From an uncultured delta proteobacterium (GTDB taxonomy: Bacteria > Myxococcota_A > Polyangia > Polyangiales > B10-G4): a DNA stretch of 64,000 bases. Position numbers and translations under genes: made by a program. Position 1 is the first letter of the stretch. The number at the start of each line of letters is the position of its first letter. Where the stretch lies: NCBI GenBank assembly GCA_963727445.1, contig CAVSGI010000010.1, positions 1,056,001-1,120,000 on the forward strand, given 5' to 3'. Shown one piece after another: positions 48,322 through 63,369 of this stretch. Below the pieces are notes generated by a model that saw nothing but the letters and a program-made list of their open reading frames with translations, did no database searches and was not told the origin of the DNA.

Positions 48322-48885
48322 ATGGCCGAGCTCGTGACGATCCGCCAACTCGCCAATCCCGTCGAAGCGGAGATGCTGGTGGACCTCCTCGCGCAGGAAG
48401 GCATCACCGCCATCGTGCCGGGCAAAGAGCACAACGCGATGATGGGTGGGCTCATCGCGTCGGCGCTGCAGATGCCGCTCAAGGTCCCGGCCGATCAAGC
48501 GGAGCGCGCCCTGGCGGTCCTGTCCGCGCTCGACGACTACGACGACGTCGATCCCCTCGACGCCGCGCCGAACGCCCCCGAGGCGATGGAGCTCGAAGGT
48601 GACGGCCCCTATCGCGGCGGCCCGGCGCGCGACGACGCCATGCCGCCGCGGAAGAAGCGCGTGGCCATCGCCGCGGGCCTCTTTCTGCCGATGGTCTTCG
48701 GGTGCTTCGGCGGCGCGCACTTCTACGTGCGCTCGTACGCGCGCGGCTTCGGCCTGATGGCGACCGCGTGGGTCGCGGCATATCTGGGCATCACCGGTCA
48801 TCCGCTCGCGTGGATCGTGCCGCCGGTCGTCGTGCTGATCGACATCTTCGGCGCGCTCGGCGTGATCGACCGCCTCGCACGCTGA
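48322..48885 (+). CDS. DUF2007-like N-domain plus TM2-like membrane segment
   Basis: EAEMLVDLLAQEGI..VPADQAERA; C-terminal GGAHFY and TM helices. Confidence 0.65.
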   Translation: MAELVTIRQLANPVEAEMLVDLLAQEGITAIVPGKEHNAMMGGLIASALQMPLKVPADQAERALAVLSALDDYDDVDPLDAAPNAPEAMELEGDGPYRGGPARDDAMPPRKKRVAIAAGLFLPMVFGCFGGAHFYVRSYARGFGLMATAWVAAYLGITGHPLAWIVPPVVVLIDIFGALGVIDRLAR

Positions 48886-48889
48886 GCTG

Positions 48890-49657
48890 TCACGCCGCCG
48901 CGGCCACCTCGCCCAGCCACTTGCCGAGCTCTCCGGGTGGGCGACCGAGCGCCACCGCGTGCACCGCCCGCGCAGCCCACAGGAGCTCCGGCCAGCTCGC
49001 CCAACCGGTGTCGAGATTCAACGGCAGTTGGTGCAGGTAGTTGTGAAACGCCTGCATCAGCAGGTCTTCGCCTGCGTCGTGGAGCATGCAGCGCGCGAGG
49101 AAGATCGCCGAGTTGTGCGGCCCGCGCAGCTCCTGGGTCGCCGGGTCAGGGGGCTGTGCAGCGGGTTCCGTGAACAGAAACGGCCTGAGCCCGTCGGCCC
49201 GACCCCAGGCCAGGCTCGCCCAGGCGATCCGGAGGGTGTCCACCTCGTCATCCATCTCGAGCGCGCGTAGCTCGTCGAGCAAGCCCGCCGGCTCCTCCGG
49301 CTTCACCTCCTCCCCCAGCCCCTCCGCGAGGGCGAAGATCGCCAGCGGCGTGAGCGGCCAGGTCCGGAGATCCTCTTTCAGGGTGGAGTCCTCCGCGACC
49401 ATCTCCCTCGCCCAAGCGAGCAGCTGGGCTGCCGGTCGCGCCATGAACCCGCCCTGACCCATCGCCACCCCACGACAGAGCATGGCGGTCGCGTCATAGA
49501 GGGTGAGCCTCTCCATGGCCCACGGGCGCCCCTTGTCTCTGCTGTTCCGGATTTCCTTGATGAAGTAGGCGAAATCGAGAGCGTGGGCGCGGGGGTCGCT
49601 GGCCAGCTTGGCTCGCAGCTCCGGCCACACGGTGGGTCGTGACGCCTCTTCCTTCAC
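48890..49657 (-). CDS. Hypothetical protein
   Basis: 255-aa ORF filling the gap between two genes; no recognisable motif. Confidence 0.6.
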   Translation of the reverse strand: MKEEASRPTVWPELRAKLASDPRAHALDFAYFIKEIRNSRDKGRPWAMERLTLYDATAMLCRGVAMGQGGFMARPAAQLLAWAREMVAEDSTLKEDLRTWPLTPLAIFALAEGLGEEVKPEEPAGLLDELRALEMDDEVDTLRIAWASLAWGRADGLRPFLFTEPAAQPPDPATQELRGPHNSAIFLARCMLHDAGEDLLMQAFHNYLHQLPLNLDTGWASWPELLWAARAVHAVALGRPPGELGKWLGEVAAAA

Positions 49658-49699
49658 ACCCGGTCCTACGCGTCGTGGGGAGTCTTGCTTCCCAACGGT

Positions 49700-50936
49700 C
49701 TATACGCAGACGCCGCCGCTGCAGTTACCCCTGCAGCACTGGTCGTCCATGCTGCAGCCCACTCCGAGCCGTATGCAGCACACGCCCAGGTTGCAGTTGT
49801 GCCCGTTGCAACACTGGGCGTCGCTCGAACACCCGAAACGGATCGGAACGCAACACGCGCCACTGACGCACGCGCGGTCGTCGCAGCAGTCGGACTGAGC
49901 CGAGCAGCTCTGGTAGATCTGCCTGCAGCACGTGCCCCGGGTCGGGGAGCAGGCGAGCCCGCTGCAGCACTGGGCGGCGCCGGGCGTGCACCCGCCGGTG
50001 AAATCGACGCAAGCGCACGTCCCGCCCTGGCACCTCGTGGTGGAGCTGCACGTGCCGCAGGCGTCGGCGCCGCCGAACCCGTTCCGGGCCGGACCACAGG
50101 ACAGGCCGCTGCAGTCCGGCGGGGGATCGACGCACGTGCTCCCCGAGCACGTCTGCGGGCTCGGGCAGCTGCCGCAGCTGCCGCCGCAGCCGTCGTCACC
50201 GCACGTGCGCCCGCTGCAATCCGGCGTGCACGACACGACGCAGTTTCCGTCGACGCAGCTCCCCGCCATGCAGCTGCCGCAGCTCCCTCCGCAGCCGTCG
50301 TCACCACACGTGTGACCGGTGCAATCCGGCGTGCACGTGGTGCCGTCGTCGGGCGCGCCGCCGTCCATCGGCGGCTCCACGAGTGGCAGACATCCCTGGG
50401 TGGCGCTGCAGTACTCGTCCATCGCGCAGGCGCCCGGGACGGGCGGATAGAGACACAATCCATCGGTGCACGCGACGGTTGCACAGGTGGCCGCAGGCGG
50501 CTCGCAGTCCGCCGGCATGCGGCAGTCCGGCGTACACCCGTCGGGACTGGAGCAGTTGCGTGCGATGAGCACCGTCAGCGCCGTCCCTCGCACGAGCTCG
50601 ACTGGAATCTGGCGCGCCGCCAGGATGCGACCGACGGAGTCGAGGATGGACACGGTGACGACGTAGCTCCCGGGCGCGACTTCGAGCTCGGCCACACGCT
50701 TTCCGTCGATGAAGTCGTCGGAGGCGAGCGCAGCGCGATCCTCTCGGCCGACGGCCGGCTCACCCGGAGTGGGGTCGGCGTGCTCGAATCTCCGTGCGTA
50801 CGGCGAAGAAGTCTCCGCCGGGCGCGTAGTCCGTTCGGAGGTCGACCACGACGGGGAAATGTCCGTCGCCGGAGCAGGCCGAGGCCGCGAGCACGAGGCC
50901 GAAGGCGGCGAGCGCGATGCGGACGAACGGCCTCAC
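49700..50936 (-). pseudogene. Cys-rich lipoprotein with +1 frameshift at 50787-50788 (may be intact in vivo)
   Basis: Signal/lipobox (ASAC..VVVDLRTDYAPG) in one frame; DFIDGKRVAELEV and Cys repeats in the next. Removing one T from GAG ATT CGA G gives a 411-aa ORF. Confidence 0.75.
50165..50335 (-). repeat. Two copies of a 66-nt repeat encoding CTPDCxGxTCGDDGCGGSCGSC
   Basis: Copies at 50270-50335 and 50165-50230. Confidence 0.85.
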
Positions 50937-51060
50937 TCCGCTAGGATACGCCTTCCGTCCAATCACTCGGATGGCTGCAATCCTCGGGATTGTCGGGCTG
51001 CTCGCGCATCGCGAAGCAAATGTAAGTGCATTTCTGCGCGTTTTCTGGCCCCAATTGGGT

Positions 51061-53513
<2,453 letters not shown>

Positions 53514-53517
<4 letters not shown>

Positions 53518-54935
53518 AGAAGCTCACCCGACGCAGGTTCCTGGGTGCAGCCGCGTTGACGGGCGGCGCCACCTTCCTGACGCCACTCGTCTCGCGTCTC
53601 GTCTCGGCCGATCCGGGCGGCAGCTGTCGCTTCGTGTTCATCGTCGAGGGCAACGGCTACGAGCCGGTCAACGTACTCTCCGACACCGCGCGCGCCGCGC
53701 TCGATGCGACGATGAGCTCACCCATCGACAGCGACCGATGGTGGTATCGAAAGTATGCGCACGACACGCCCCTCGACATCGCCACACCCGATCTCGACTC
53801 GGCGATTGGCCTCGGGGCGCTCTCGATGCAAGGCGTCCTCCCGCAGGCGACGGTGCTCCTCGGCCTCTCGTCGAAGATCGTCGGCGGCGGGCACTCGGCC
53901 TTCCACGGCGCGTTGAGCTCGGCACGAACCGTGGGCGGCCGCGCCGGCGGCCCGACGATCGACGCCTACCTCGGATCGCTCCCGCAGGTTCGGGGCATGT
54001 CGCCCTTCGATGTCGTTCGCCTCGGCGTCGGCACCGGCCGCGCCCTGAACTTCGGCACCTGTGCCTACGGGGCCGGCCGGCCCGCACCGATGATGCTGCT
54101 TCCCAACACGGCGTACTCGGTGCTCTTCGGCTCGGTGGCGTCGAGCGCCGCGGCGCGCGACGCGTTCCTGCAGCGCGGCTCGCTCCTCGACTTCGCGCAC
54201 GGAGACGTCGCGGCCACCCTGAGCGAGTTCAACGGCAGCTCGGTCGAGCGGGCGAAGCTCGAGCAATATCTCGCCTCCCTCGAAGAGCTCTCGGCGCGCC
54301 AGGAGCGCCTCATCGCGCTCGAAGACACGCTCGCGGCCAACGCCCCCGAGGCGCCCGCGACCAATCCGCTCTACACCGGCGAGCCTCTCGACACGCTCGC
54401 AGCTCAGCTCGAGCTCGCGACCGCCGCGCTCATGGGCGAGCTCACCAACGTCGTCGTGGTGGGCTCGGGCACGGGGGGCGATTTCGGTCTCACCTACACC
54501 TCCGTTTCTCCCGTCGGCCGCCACGACATGCAGCATCAGTCCGGCAGCGACCCCGCGATGCTCGACGCGGTGCACACGGTCACCCGGCGCGAGCTCGACC
54601 TCGTCGCGCAGCTGGCGCGGCGGCTCGACGACACGCCCGACGTGGCGGGCGGCACGATGCTCGACCACACCGTCATCGTCTACGTCGGCGACAACGGCGA
54701 GCAGCACCACTCGACCGCGAGCGAGTTCCCCGTCGTCATGCTGGGTGGCAGCGCCCTCGGCCTGCGCGCCGGCGGCCGCACCGTGGCCTATCCGGGCATG
54801 AACGACGACAACCACCGCCAGCTCTCGAACCTTTGGAACACGCTCGGTCACGTTGCCGGTGAAGATCTCAACGACTTCGGCAACGAGGGACCGGCGCGGC
54901 GGGCCGAGGGACCCCTCCCCGAGCTGCTCACCTAG
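53514..54935 (+). CDS. DUF1552-family Tat-exported protein
   Basis: LTRRRFL signal; ERAKLEQYL.SL, TMLDHT, HHS and PVVMLGG; ATGA overlap with the DUF1588 gene. Confidence 0.82.
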
Positions 54936-55079
54936 CGCACTAGCTGTCGTGATCCTGGTCACTTGGACCGACACGTGGCATTTCGCCACATCCTCGACGT
55001 TTCCCGAATGTTGCGGACGGGGGGAAACGCCGTCGTGAGTCCTCGCATTGGGAGTATGGGGACTGTCGCAGGTGACTCT

Positions 55080-55538
55080 ATGCGACGCTCCACTTGGTTT
55101 CTGGCTCCGATGATTCTTCTCATGGCGATGGGCTGCATGTCGCGCAGACCCATCAGCCGGTCTGGCGCCGACGGCGGAACGCCCATGCCCACCGAGGACG
55201 CGGGTGGAACCTACGATGACGGCGGAGTGGTCGGCGACGCCGCCACCTTCGCTGACACCGCGCCGGCCGACAGCGGCACCACGTCGTCCCCCGACACTGG
55301 CACCGGCTCCACCACCGCAGCGTGCACGAGCGACACCTGGTCGGACTGGCCGAGGACGTTCTTCAGCAGCCACTGCACGCGTTGCCATGGCAACCAGCTC
55401 ACCTCGCTCTCGGTCGTTCACGCCAACGAGGGAGTCATCGCTTCGGACATCCGCTCGGGCCGCATGCCACAGGACGAAGTCCTGTCGAGCGCGGACAAGT
55501 CGCGCATCATCACCTGGCTGAACTGCGGCGCGCCGTAA
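55080..55538 (+). CDS. Small monoheme cytochrome c lipoprotein
   Basis: Lipobox AMGC; CTRCH; distal RMP; terminal WLNCGAP. Confidence 0.75.
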   Translation: MRRSTWFLAPMILLMAMGCMSRRPISRSGADGGTPMPTEDAGGTYDDGGVVGDAATFADTAPADSGTTSSPDTGTGSTTAACTSDTWSDWPRTFFSSHCTRCHGNQLTSLSVVHANEGVIASDIRSGRMPQDEVLSSADKSRIITWLNCGAP

Positions 55539-55544
55539 CAGGCC

Positions 55545-56303
55545 ATGACGGCAGAAGAGCTGGTCCGGGCGTTCGAACCCTGGCGAAAGAAACACGAGCG
55601 GAGTGCGCACGTGCCCGTGGTGGGAGCTGACGCGTCCCGTTCGAGGTTCGGCGGACTGCCGGACATGAGGGCGGAGGAGGCGTGGCCGGTGTGCGGAGAG
55701 TGCGACGAGCCGATGAGCTTCTTCCTCCAGCTCGATCTCTCCGCGCTGCCGGAGCGTGCCGAGCCCGGGCTCTTACAGCTCTTCTACTGCTCGGTCGATG
55801 ACGGCGATTGCGAGGTGTGGGTACCGTTTTCCGATGCGACGCGCGTTCGGATCGTCAGTGGTGAGCTCGAGCGACGTGAGGCTCCCGACGGAGTGACCAC
55901 GTTTCCCGAGAAGTCGATCACGGGATGGAAGCAAGTCGTGGATCGGCCGAACCCACAGGACCACCACGACCTGGGTGTTCGCTACGAATACGACTTCCAG
56001 GCAGGCGAGGTGAGGATCGTCTGTCCGGACATCGACTTCGATGTCGCAGGGCTTGACATCGAAGCATGCTCCGCCGAGGCGATCTCCACCGCACGCGAAG
56101 GAGACAAGCTCTTCGGCTGGCCACATTGGATTCAGGGCGCCGAATACCCCGCCTGCCCCGAGTGCGGCGCGCGAATGGAAGTCCTCCTGCAGATCGACTC
56201 CGAAGACAACATCCCGTACATGTTCGGGGACTCGGGCATCGGGCACATCACCCGGTGCGCAACGCACCCGAACGTGGTCACGTTCGCTTGGGCGTGTTGC
56301 TGA
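55545..56303 (+). CDS. DUF1963 / YwqG-family protein
   Basis: SRFGGLP..WP, MSFFLQLDL, DKLFGWPHWIQ, LLQIDS and MFGDSG motifs. Confidence 0.82.
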   Translation: MTAEELVRAFEPWRKKHERSAHVPVVGADASRSRFGGLPDMRAEEAWPVCGECDEPMSFFLQLDLSALPERAEPGLLQLFYCSVDDGDCEVWVPFSDATRVRIVSGELERREAPDGVTTFPEKSITGWKQVVDRPNPQDHHDLGVRYEYDFQAGEVRIVCPDIDFDVAGLDIEACSAEAISTAREGDKLFGWPHWIQGAEYPACPECGARMEVLLQIDSEDNIPYMFGDSGIGHITRCATHPNVVTFAWACC

Positions 56304-56498
56304 GCCATCCGGCTGCCTCCGCTGACGCCGAACATCTGCGCTGCCTGCTTCTACCCGTAGGGAGCAACCGCAGTAGCCACCCCGATCCTGGACCCGGCTC
56401 CACTCAACCCCTCGGAATCATGCGGATCGGGACGTCGCACGGCTTGCGACCGACCTGGCCCGAAGCTCGCAAGAGCACGCGTCCGGAGGATTGTGCTC

Positions 56499-58202
56499 AT
56501 GAGGTCGCTTCTCACTCTTTTCGTCGCCATGGCCATCGCAGGCGTCGGCGCGGGCTGCGCCAATCAGGGCCCCCTCGCGGACGACGGCAGCAATCCCTTC
56601 CTCGATGTGGACAACGGCAGCAAGGAAGACACCGCCTACCAGAACCCCGACGGGATCGAGGTCGAGGTCGACTTCGAGGCGGACGTCCAGGCGCCGAGCT
56701 ACAAGATCTTCGACGCTCCGGCCGACCTGGGCCAGTACGCCGTCACCTACCTGCGCACCCACGGCGAGTACTACCTGGAGTCCATCGCCGAGGCCGCGAC
56801 CAGCGCCGACCGCGTGGAGTGGCAGGTGAACGGTGAGTGGGTGAGCGCCCAGGACGCGCGCTCGCTGTCACCGGATCAGCTCACTCATTTCCGCATTCGC
56901 GGCATGGACGCAGTGCTGCTCCACTCGGCGTCGAACGACGCGCGCATCGGGGCGGTCACCGAGGTCCCGGTCCCGGTCTCGCCCTACTCCGTGATGGCGG
57001 ACGCCGGCGACAAGTGCGCCGAGCACGACGCGCACCTCGGGCTCTCGCAGTCGATCTACTGGTACATGTGGAAGCCCGATGCGCCCGGCTGCGACGTGGC
57101 GACGCAGCAGGCGACGGTCACCATCACCCAGACCTTCCCCTCACCCGAGCCGCGTTACCCGGAGTACGACCGCCTCGTGGAGGACGGCGTGGTCACGGCG
57201 GTCGTGATCTTCGGCCAGATCGGCGAGGGCGACGTGGAGAACGACTCCGGCGTGTGGGCGCTCCAGCGCATGGCCCGGAACCTCATGCAGGCCGGCTTCG
57301 CCGAAGCGGAAAACGCCCCCCTCGGACGCCGGTTCACGAAGACGGTCGGCGACGTGGAGCTCCAGTACGACCTCTACCCGCCGTCGGTGTTCTCCGGCCT
57401 CGGCGACTACGGCCACTTCGCGAACTTCCAGACGGCGATCTCCGAGCACGAGATCGTCGCCTACGACGGCCACAGCATGCTCGGCGCGAGCGACTTCTGG
57501 GCCCGCCCCGAGTACCCGGGCTTCTACCAGATCTTCCTCTACGGCGGCTGCCTCGGCTACGAGTACTACGTGCAGCCGATCCTCCGCGGCAAGGGCGGCT
57601 GGGACAACGTCGACATCATGTCCTCGGTCGTCGAGGTCTCGGCGGACGCGAACTACTTCGCGGCGCCCGTCCTCGCGAAGCTCGAATGGGCGCTCGCGCA
57701 CGGCAACGCCGCGTCCTGGGCCGACATGCTGCGCGACGTGCGCAGGAGTGTGGGCGACTCCACCTTCGGCGTCTCGGGCGTCGGCGACAACTGCTACACG
57801 CCCTCCGGCTCCCGCTGCGGCAACGCCCCGCCCCCACCGCCCGACGGTGGCGAGACGCACCGCTACGAGAGCACCGAGAGCGTCGACATCCCGGACAACG
57901 ACCCCGCGGGCGTCTCGAGCACCATCGAGGTGACCGACGACGTGGTCGCCAGCGCGGTGAGCGTCGAGATCGACCTCACCCACACCTACGTCGGCGACCT
58001 CCGCATCGAAATCGAGCACGACGGGGCCACCACGACCGTCTGGAGCCAGACCGGCGGCTCGCAGGACGACATCCACCAGACCTTCACCCTCGCGCCCTTC
58101 GCGGGCGCGCAGATGGCCGGCACCTGGAAGCTCACGGTGAGCGACAACGCCGCCATCGACACCGGCACTTTGAACGGCTGGGCCCTCGTCGCCGCGCCCT
58201 GA
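56499..58202 (+). CDS. Lipoprotein with C-terminal proprotein-convertase P-domain
   Basis: GGAGGA RBS; lipobox GAGC; C-terminal IPDNDP.G..S.I, HTYVGDL and GTWKL.VSDNA..DTGTLNGWAL. Confidence 0.82.
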   Translation: MRSLLTLFVAMAIAGVGAGCANQGPLADDGSNPFLDVDNGSKEDTAYQNPDGIEVEVDFEADVQAPSYKIFDAPADLGQYAVTYLRTHGEYYLESIAEAATSADRVEWQVNGEWVSAQDARSLSPDQLTHFRIRGMDAVLLHSASNDARIGAVTEVPVPVSPYSVMADAGDKCAEHDAHLGLSQSIYWYMWKPDAPGCDVATQQATVTITQTFPSPEPRYPEYDRLVEDGVVTAVVIFGQIGEGDVENDSGVWALQRMARNLMQAGFAEAENAPLGRRFTKTVGDVELQYDLYPPSVFSGLGDYGHFANFQTAISEHEIVAYDGHSMLGASDFWARPEYPGFYQIFLYGGCLGYEYYVQPILRGKGGWDNVDIMSSVVEVSADANYFAAPVLAKLEWALAHGNAASWADMLRDVRRSVGDSTFGVSGVGDNCYTPSGSRCGNAPPPPPDGGETHRYESTESVDIPDNDPAGVSSTIEVTDDVVASAVSVEIDLTHTYVGDLRIEIEHDGATTTVWSQTGGSQDDIHQTFTLAPFAGAQMAGTWKLTVSDNAAIDTGTLNGWALVAAP

Positions 58203-58205
58203 GGG

Positions 58206-60530
58206 CTATTCGGCTGGCGCCCGCATCGACAGGTCGCTGACGAGCTCGGTGAGGCGCACGCGCGCCTCCGCGCGCTGTGCCGTCAGATCTGCGAGGCGCG
58301 TGGTGAGCGACTCGCTCTGGGTCGTCGCGTCGCGGAGCCGCGTCTGGAGCTGGCGCCGGAGCTCGGCCGCGCTGGCGCCCGAGCGCTCGATCGAGCGGAG
58401 CGAGGCCTGGAGCTCCGAGAGGCGCTGGCTCGCGACCGCGGACTGCTCGCGGACGTCGCGCAACTGCTCCTCGAGCTCGCCGAGCGCTCGCCGCTTCGTG
58501 AGCACCTCGGTGAGCTGATCGCGGAGCGCGGGCTCGAGGTCGTCCGGGTGGACGTAGGCGTCGAGCACCGTCGACAGATCGTCGACGATACCGACGCGTC
58601 GCTCCGTCGCTCGCCGCTCCTCGAGGACCACTTCGCTGTCCTGGCCCGGGTGAAGCGGCACCGGAATCAGCGTGGTCGCGCCCGACTCCTCGACGCCGGG
58701 CGGCGGGTCGACGAGCTCGTAGCCGTATTGCACTCGGTGCGAGAGCAGGATCTCGTCCGGCGAGTGCCGTCCGACGCGGATCTCGTAGTGGGTCTGGGAG
58801 ACCTGCCAGTCCTCGACCGTCACGACGCCGCGCGCGATCGACACCAGGCGGTTCGGGCGGCGCTCCGCGCTGGTCCGCGCGAGGACCGTGGTCGAGCCGT
58901 CCACGACGTAGGGGACCAGCGTGTTCTCCCCGACGTGCACGGCATCGAGCACGCCTTCGCCGACGAAGGTGCCGCGCGCGTAGAGCGCGACGGTCCCCGG
59001 GACGAGAGACATCCCGCTCGTGTTCTCGACGCGCGCCGCACGGAACGGGTGCAGGTCGCTCTCGGGCGTCGCGTCGTCGGGCCGGTAGAACAGAACGTCA
59101 CGCCCGGGGACGCGCTGGTTCAGGATCGGGACCAGGGTCGAGCTGCCGGCCGGGATCGTCACCGAGCGTGCCATCGTGTAGGCGGTGCCCGTCGAGACGT
59201 CGCTCGGCAACGTCATGGCCCGCGCGCTCCGCTCCATCGTCTCCACCGTGACCGGGCGGGGGCCAGAGGGCGCCGCGGCGCGCCCATCGCTGGGAGCGCC
59301 ACCGCCGGTGTCCGGCTCGTCCTCCGTCATCGCGGCGATCTCGAATTCGACGCGCCGGTTGCGCTCGTGCGCGTCGGCCTCGTTTCGTGGGTCGACCGGT
59401 TGCGTGCTGCCGAAAGGCCGTGTCTGGAGCCGTGACGCGCTCACCCCCCGCGACACGAGCGCATCGCGCACCGCCTCGGCCCGGGCCGCGGAGAGCGCCC
59501 ACCCACCGCGCTCGTTCCTCGCGGCATGCCCCTCGATGACGACCGACGTGATCTGCGGGTTGCCCTGAAGCGTCGCCGCGATCGCGTCGATGATGGGCAG
59601 GCTTCGCTCCCTCACATCCGAGCCCCGATTGGTGAAGTAGACCTTGTCCAGGATGGTCACGGCGGTGTCCTGGATCACGACGCGGCCGCGATCGGGGCAC
59701 CCATCCTCGTCCTCGTAACCGTTGTAGGTCTCCATCTCGTTCGGACACTGGTCGTCCACGTCGAGGATCCGGTCCTGGTCGTTGTCCGGGTCCGGGCAGC
59801 CATCGCTGTCCTCGAACCCGTCCATGTCTTCATCCTCCGTGGGACACTGGTCCTCGGAGTCCGGGATGGCGTCGTGATCGCGGCCGCGCGTCTGTGTCGA
59901 ACGAACGGGCCCGCGCACCACCGGCATGACCATCTCGCCGGTGATGTCCGGCCGCGCCACGAACTGGGGCGAGCGGAGGTCGACGGCGTAGGTGAAGGGG
60001 GCCCCCGTCGCAAGGGTGAGTTGGACGTCGTCCCAGTCCTCCCCCGACGCGTTGTAGACGACCGCCCACGCCTGCAAGAGCGCCTCGTCGCCTTCCTCCG
60101 GGAGCACCACGCGGTAGACGGCGCGCCAAGCCGGTGTGGGCACGGCGTAGGTGACCGTGAGCGCTCGCCCCGAGCCTCCGAGATGCACGTCGACCGTCGT
60201 GGTCTCGTCGAGGTCGGGGGGTGCCTCGTCCGTTTCGTCGTCGTCGTCCTCGCGCGGCTCCGGCTCCGGCGCGGGCTCCGGCACGACCGCGGAGGACGCG
60301 GACGCGCCGTCCTCACCGATGACGGTGAGCGTCTTCATGACGTCGTCGACCTCGTGCGCACGCAGCTTCAAACGCAGGACGTCGCCGTCCGCGCGACCCG
60401 ACCGCTCGAAATAGCCGATGCCGTTCTGGTACAGAACCACGTGCCGCAGTCGCAGCGACTGCCCGGAGCCGCACGCGAACAGCAGGGCCGTCGCGGCGAA
60501 AGTGAGCATCCATCGGTGTGCGCCTGTCAT
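58206..60530 (-). CDS. DUF4139-like lipoprotein with inserted TSP3 Ca-binding repeats and OmpA-C domain
   Basis: Lipobox LFAC; VVLYQNGIGYFER; AWAVVYN.SGEDW..V.LTLATG; DQCP..DGCPD repeats; IEGH..LS..RA..V..NRRVEF; C-terminal coiled coil. Confidence 0.8.
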   Translation of the reverse strand: MTGAHRWMLTFAATALLFACGSGQSLRLRHVVLYQNGIGYFERSGRADGDVLRLKLRAHEVDDVMKTLTVIGEDGASASSAVVPEPAPEPEPREDDDDETDEAPPDLDETTTVDVHLGGSGRALTVTYAVPTPAWRAVYRVVLPEEGDEALLQAWAVVYNASGEDWDDVQLTLATGAPFTYAVDLRSPQFVARPDITGEMVMPVVRGPVRSTQTRGRDHDAIPDSEDQCPTEDEDMDGFEDSDGCPDPDNDQDRILDVDDQCPNEMETYNGYEDEDGCPDRGRVVIQDTAVTILDKVYFTNRGSDVRERSLPIIDAIAATLQGNPQITSVVIEGHAARNERGGWALSAARAEAVRDALVSRGVSASRLQTRPFGSTQPVDPRNEADAHERNRRVEFEIAAMTEDEPDTGGGAPSDGRAAAPSGPRPVTVETMERSARAMTLPSDVSTGTAYTMARSVTIPAGSSTLVPILNQRVPGRDVLFYRPDDATPESDLHPFRAARVENTSGMSLVPGTVALYARGTFVGEGVLDAVHVGENTLVPYVVDGSTTVLARTSAERRPNRLVSIARGVVTVEDWQVSQTHYEIRVGRHSPDEILLSHRVQYGYELVDPPPGVEESGATTLIPVPLHPGQDSEVVLEERRATERRVGIVDDLSTVLDAYVHPDDLEPALRDQLTEVLTKRRALGELEEQLRDVREQSAVASQRLSELQASLRSIERSGASAAELRRQLQTRLRDATTQSESLTTRLADLTAQRAEARVRLTELVSDLSMRAPAE

Positions 60531-60589
60531 CTTCGACCCTTCCCGCGCGGGATTGGACACCTTGGGAGAGGCGTCGTCCACCTCTCTGC

Positions 60590-60620
60590 TTGACACCATC
60601 TAGGTTTAGACACAGTCTAA
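60590..60620 (+). promoter_or_regulatory. Promoter TTGACA-N17-CAGTCT overlapped by the perfect operator TTAGAC-aca-GTCTAA
   Basis: TTGACA at 60590-60595; palindrome at 60606-60620; GTG start 7 nt after the -10. Confidence 0.75.
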
Positions 60621-60625
60621 CCCTC

Positions 60626-61027
60626 GTGAGGCGTGACGAGTCCGAGCACCTGCGAGCACACGGGATCAACCCCTCGGCCCAGCGAGTGGCGGTGGCGGAG
60701 TACGTGCTGCACACCGACGAGCACCCGTCGGCCGACGAGGTGTGGACGCGCGTGAAGAAGCGCTCGCCGATGGTGTCGCGGGCGACGGTCTACAACACGC
60801 TGAATCTCTTCGTGGAAAAGGGGCTCCTGCGGCAGTTCGTGCTCACGGAGGGCCGAGTGGTCTTCGATCCCAAGACGGAGGACCACCACCACTTCATCGA
60901 TGAGGACACGGGCACCATCTACGACGTCCCCTGGGACGAGCTGAAGGTGTCCAACGTCGCGAAACTCCGGGGCTTCGACGTCCACGAGTATCAGGTCGTC
61001 CTGCGCGGCAAGAAGCGGCGGAGGTGA
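60626..61027 (+). CDS. Fur-family regulator (Irr/PerR-like, no CxxC)
   Basis: QRVAV, HPSADEV, SRATVYNTL and DHHHFID motifs; no cysteines. Confidence 0.88.
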   Translation: MRRDESEHLRAHGINPSAQRVAVAEYVLHTDEHPSADEVWTRVKKRSPMVSRATVYNTLNLFVEKGLLRQFVLTEGRVVFDPKTEDHHHFIDEDTGTIYDVPWDELKVSNVAKLRGFDVHEYQVVLRGKKRRR

Positions 61028-61058
61028 GGGCGGGCTGGGCCCCCCTTGCTTTTTTTTC
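61026..61058 (+). terminator. Possible intrinsic terminator between the regulator gene and katG
   Basis: Imperfect GC stem (GAGGGCGGGC/GCCCCCCTT) followed by T8. Confidence 0.4.
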
Positions 61059-61065
61059 ACCCGTA

Positions 61066-63319
<2,254 letters not shown>

Positions 63320-63369
63320 GAGTAACCCCGAGCGGGGCGTCGGGCGCGCCGCACACTGTTTGACGGCGT

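Noticed and set aside
56304..56498. Riboswitch or ncRNA in the intergenic gap
   Set aside because: No recognisable riboswitch consensus or strong stem by eye; an Rfam/Infernal scan would settle it.
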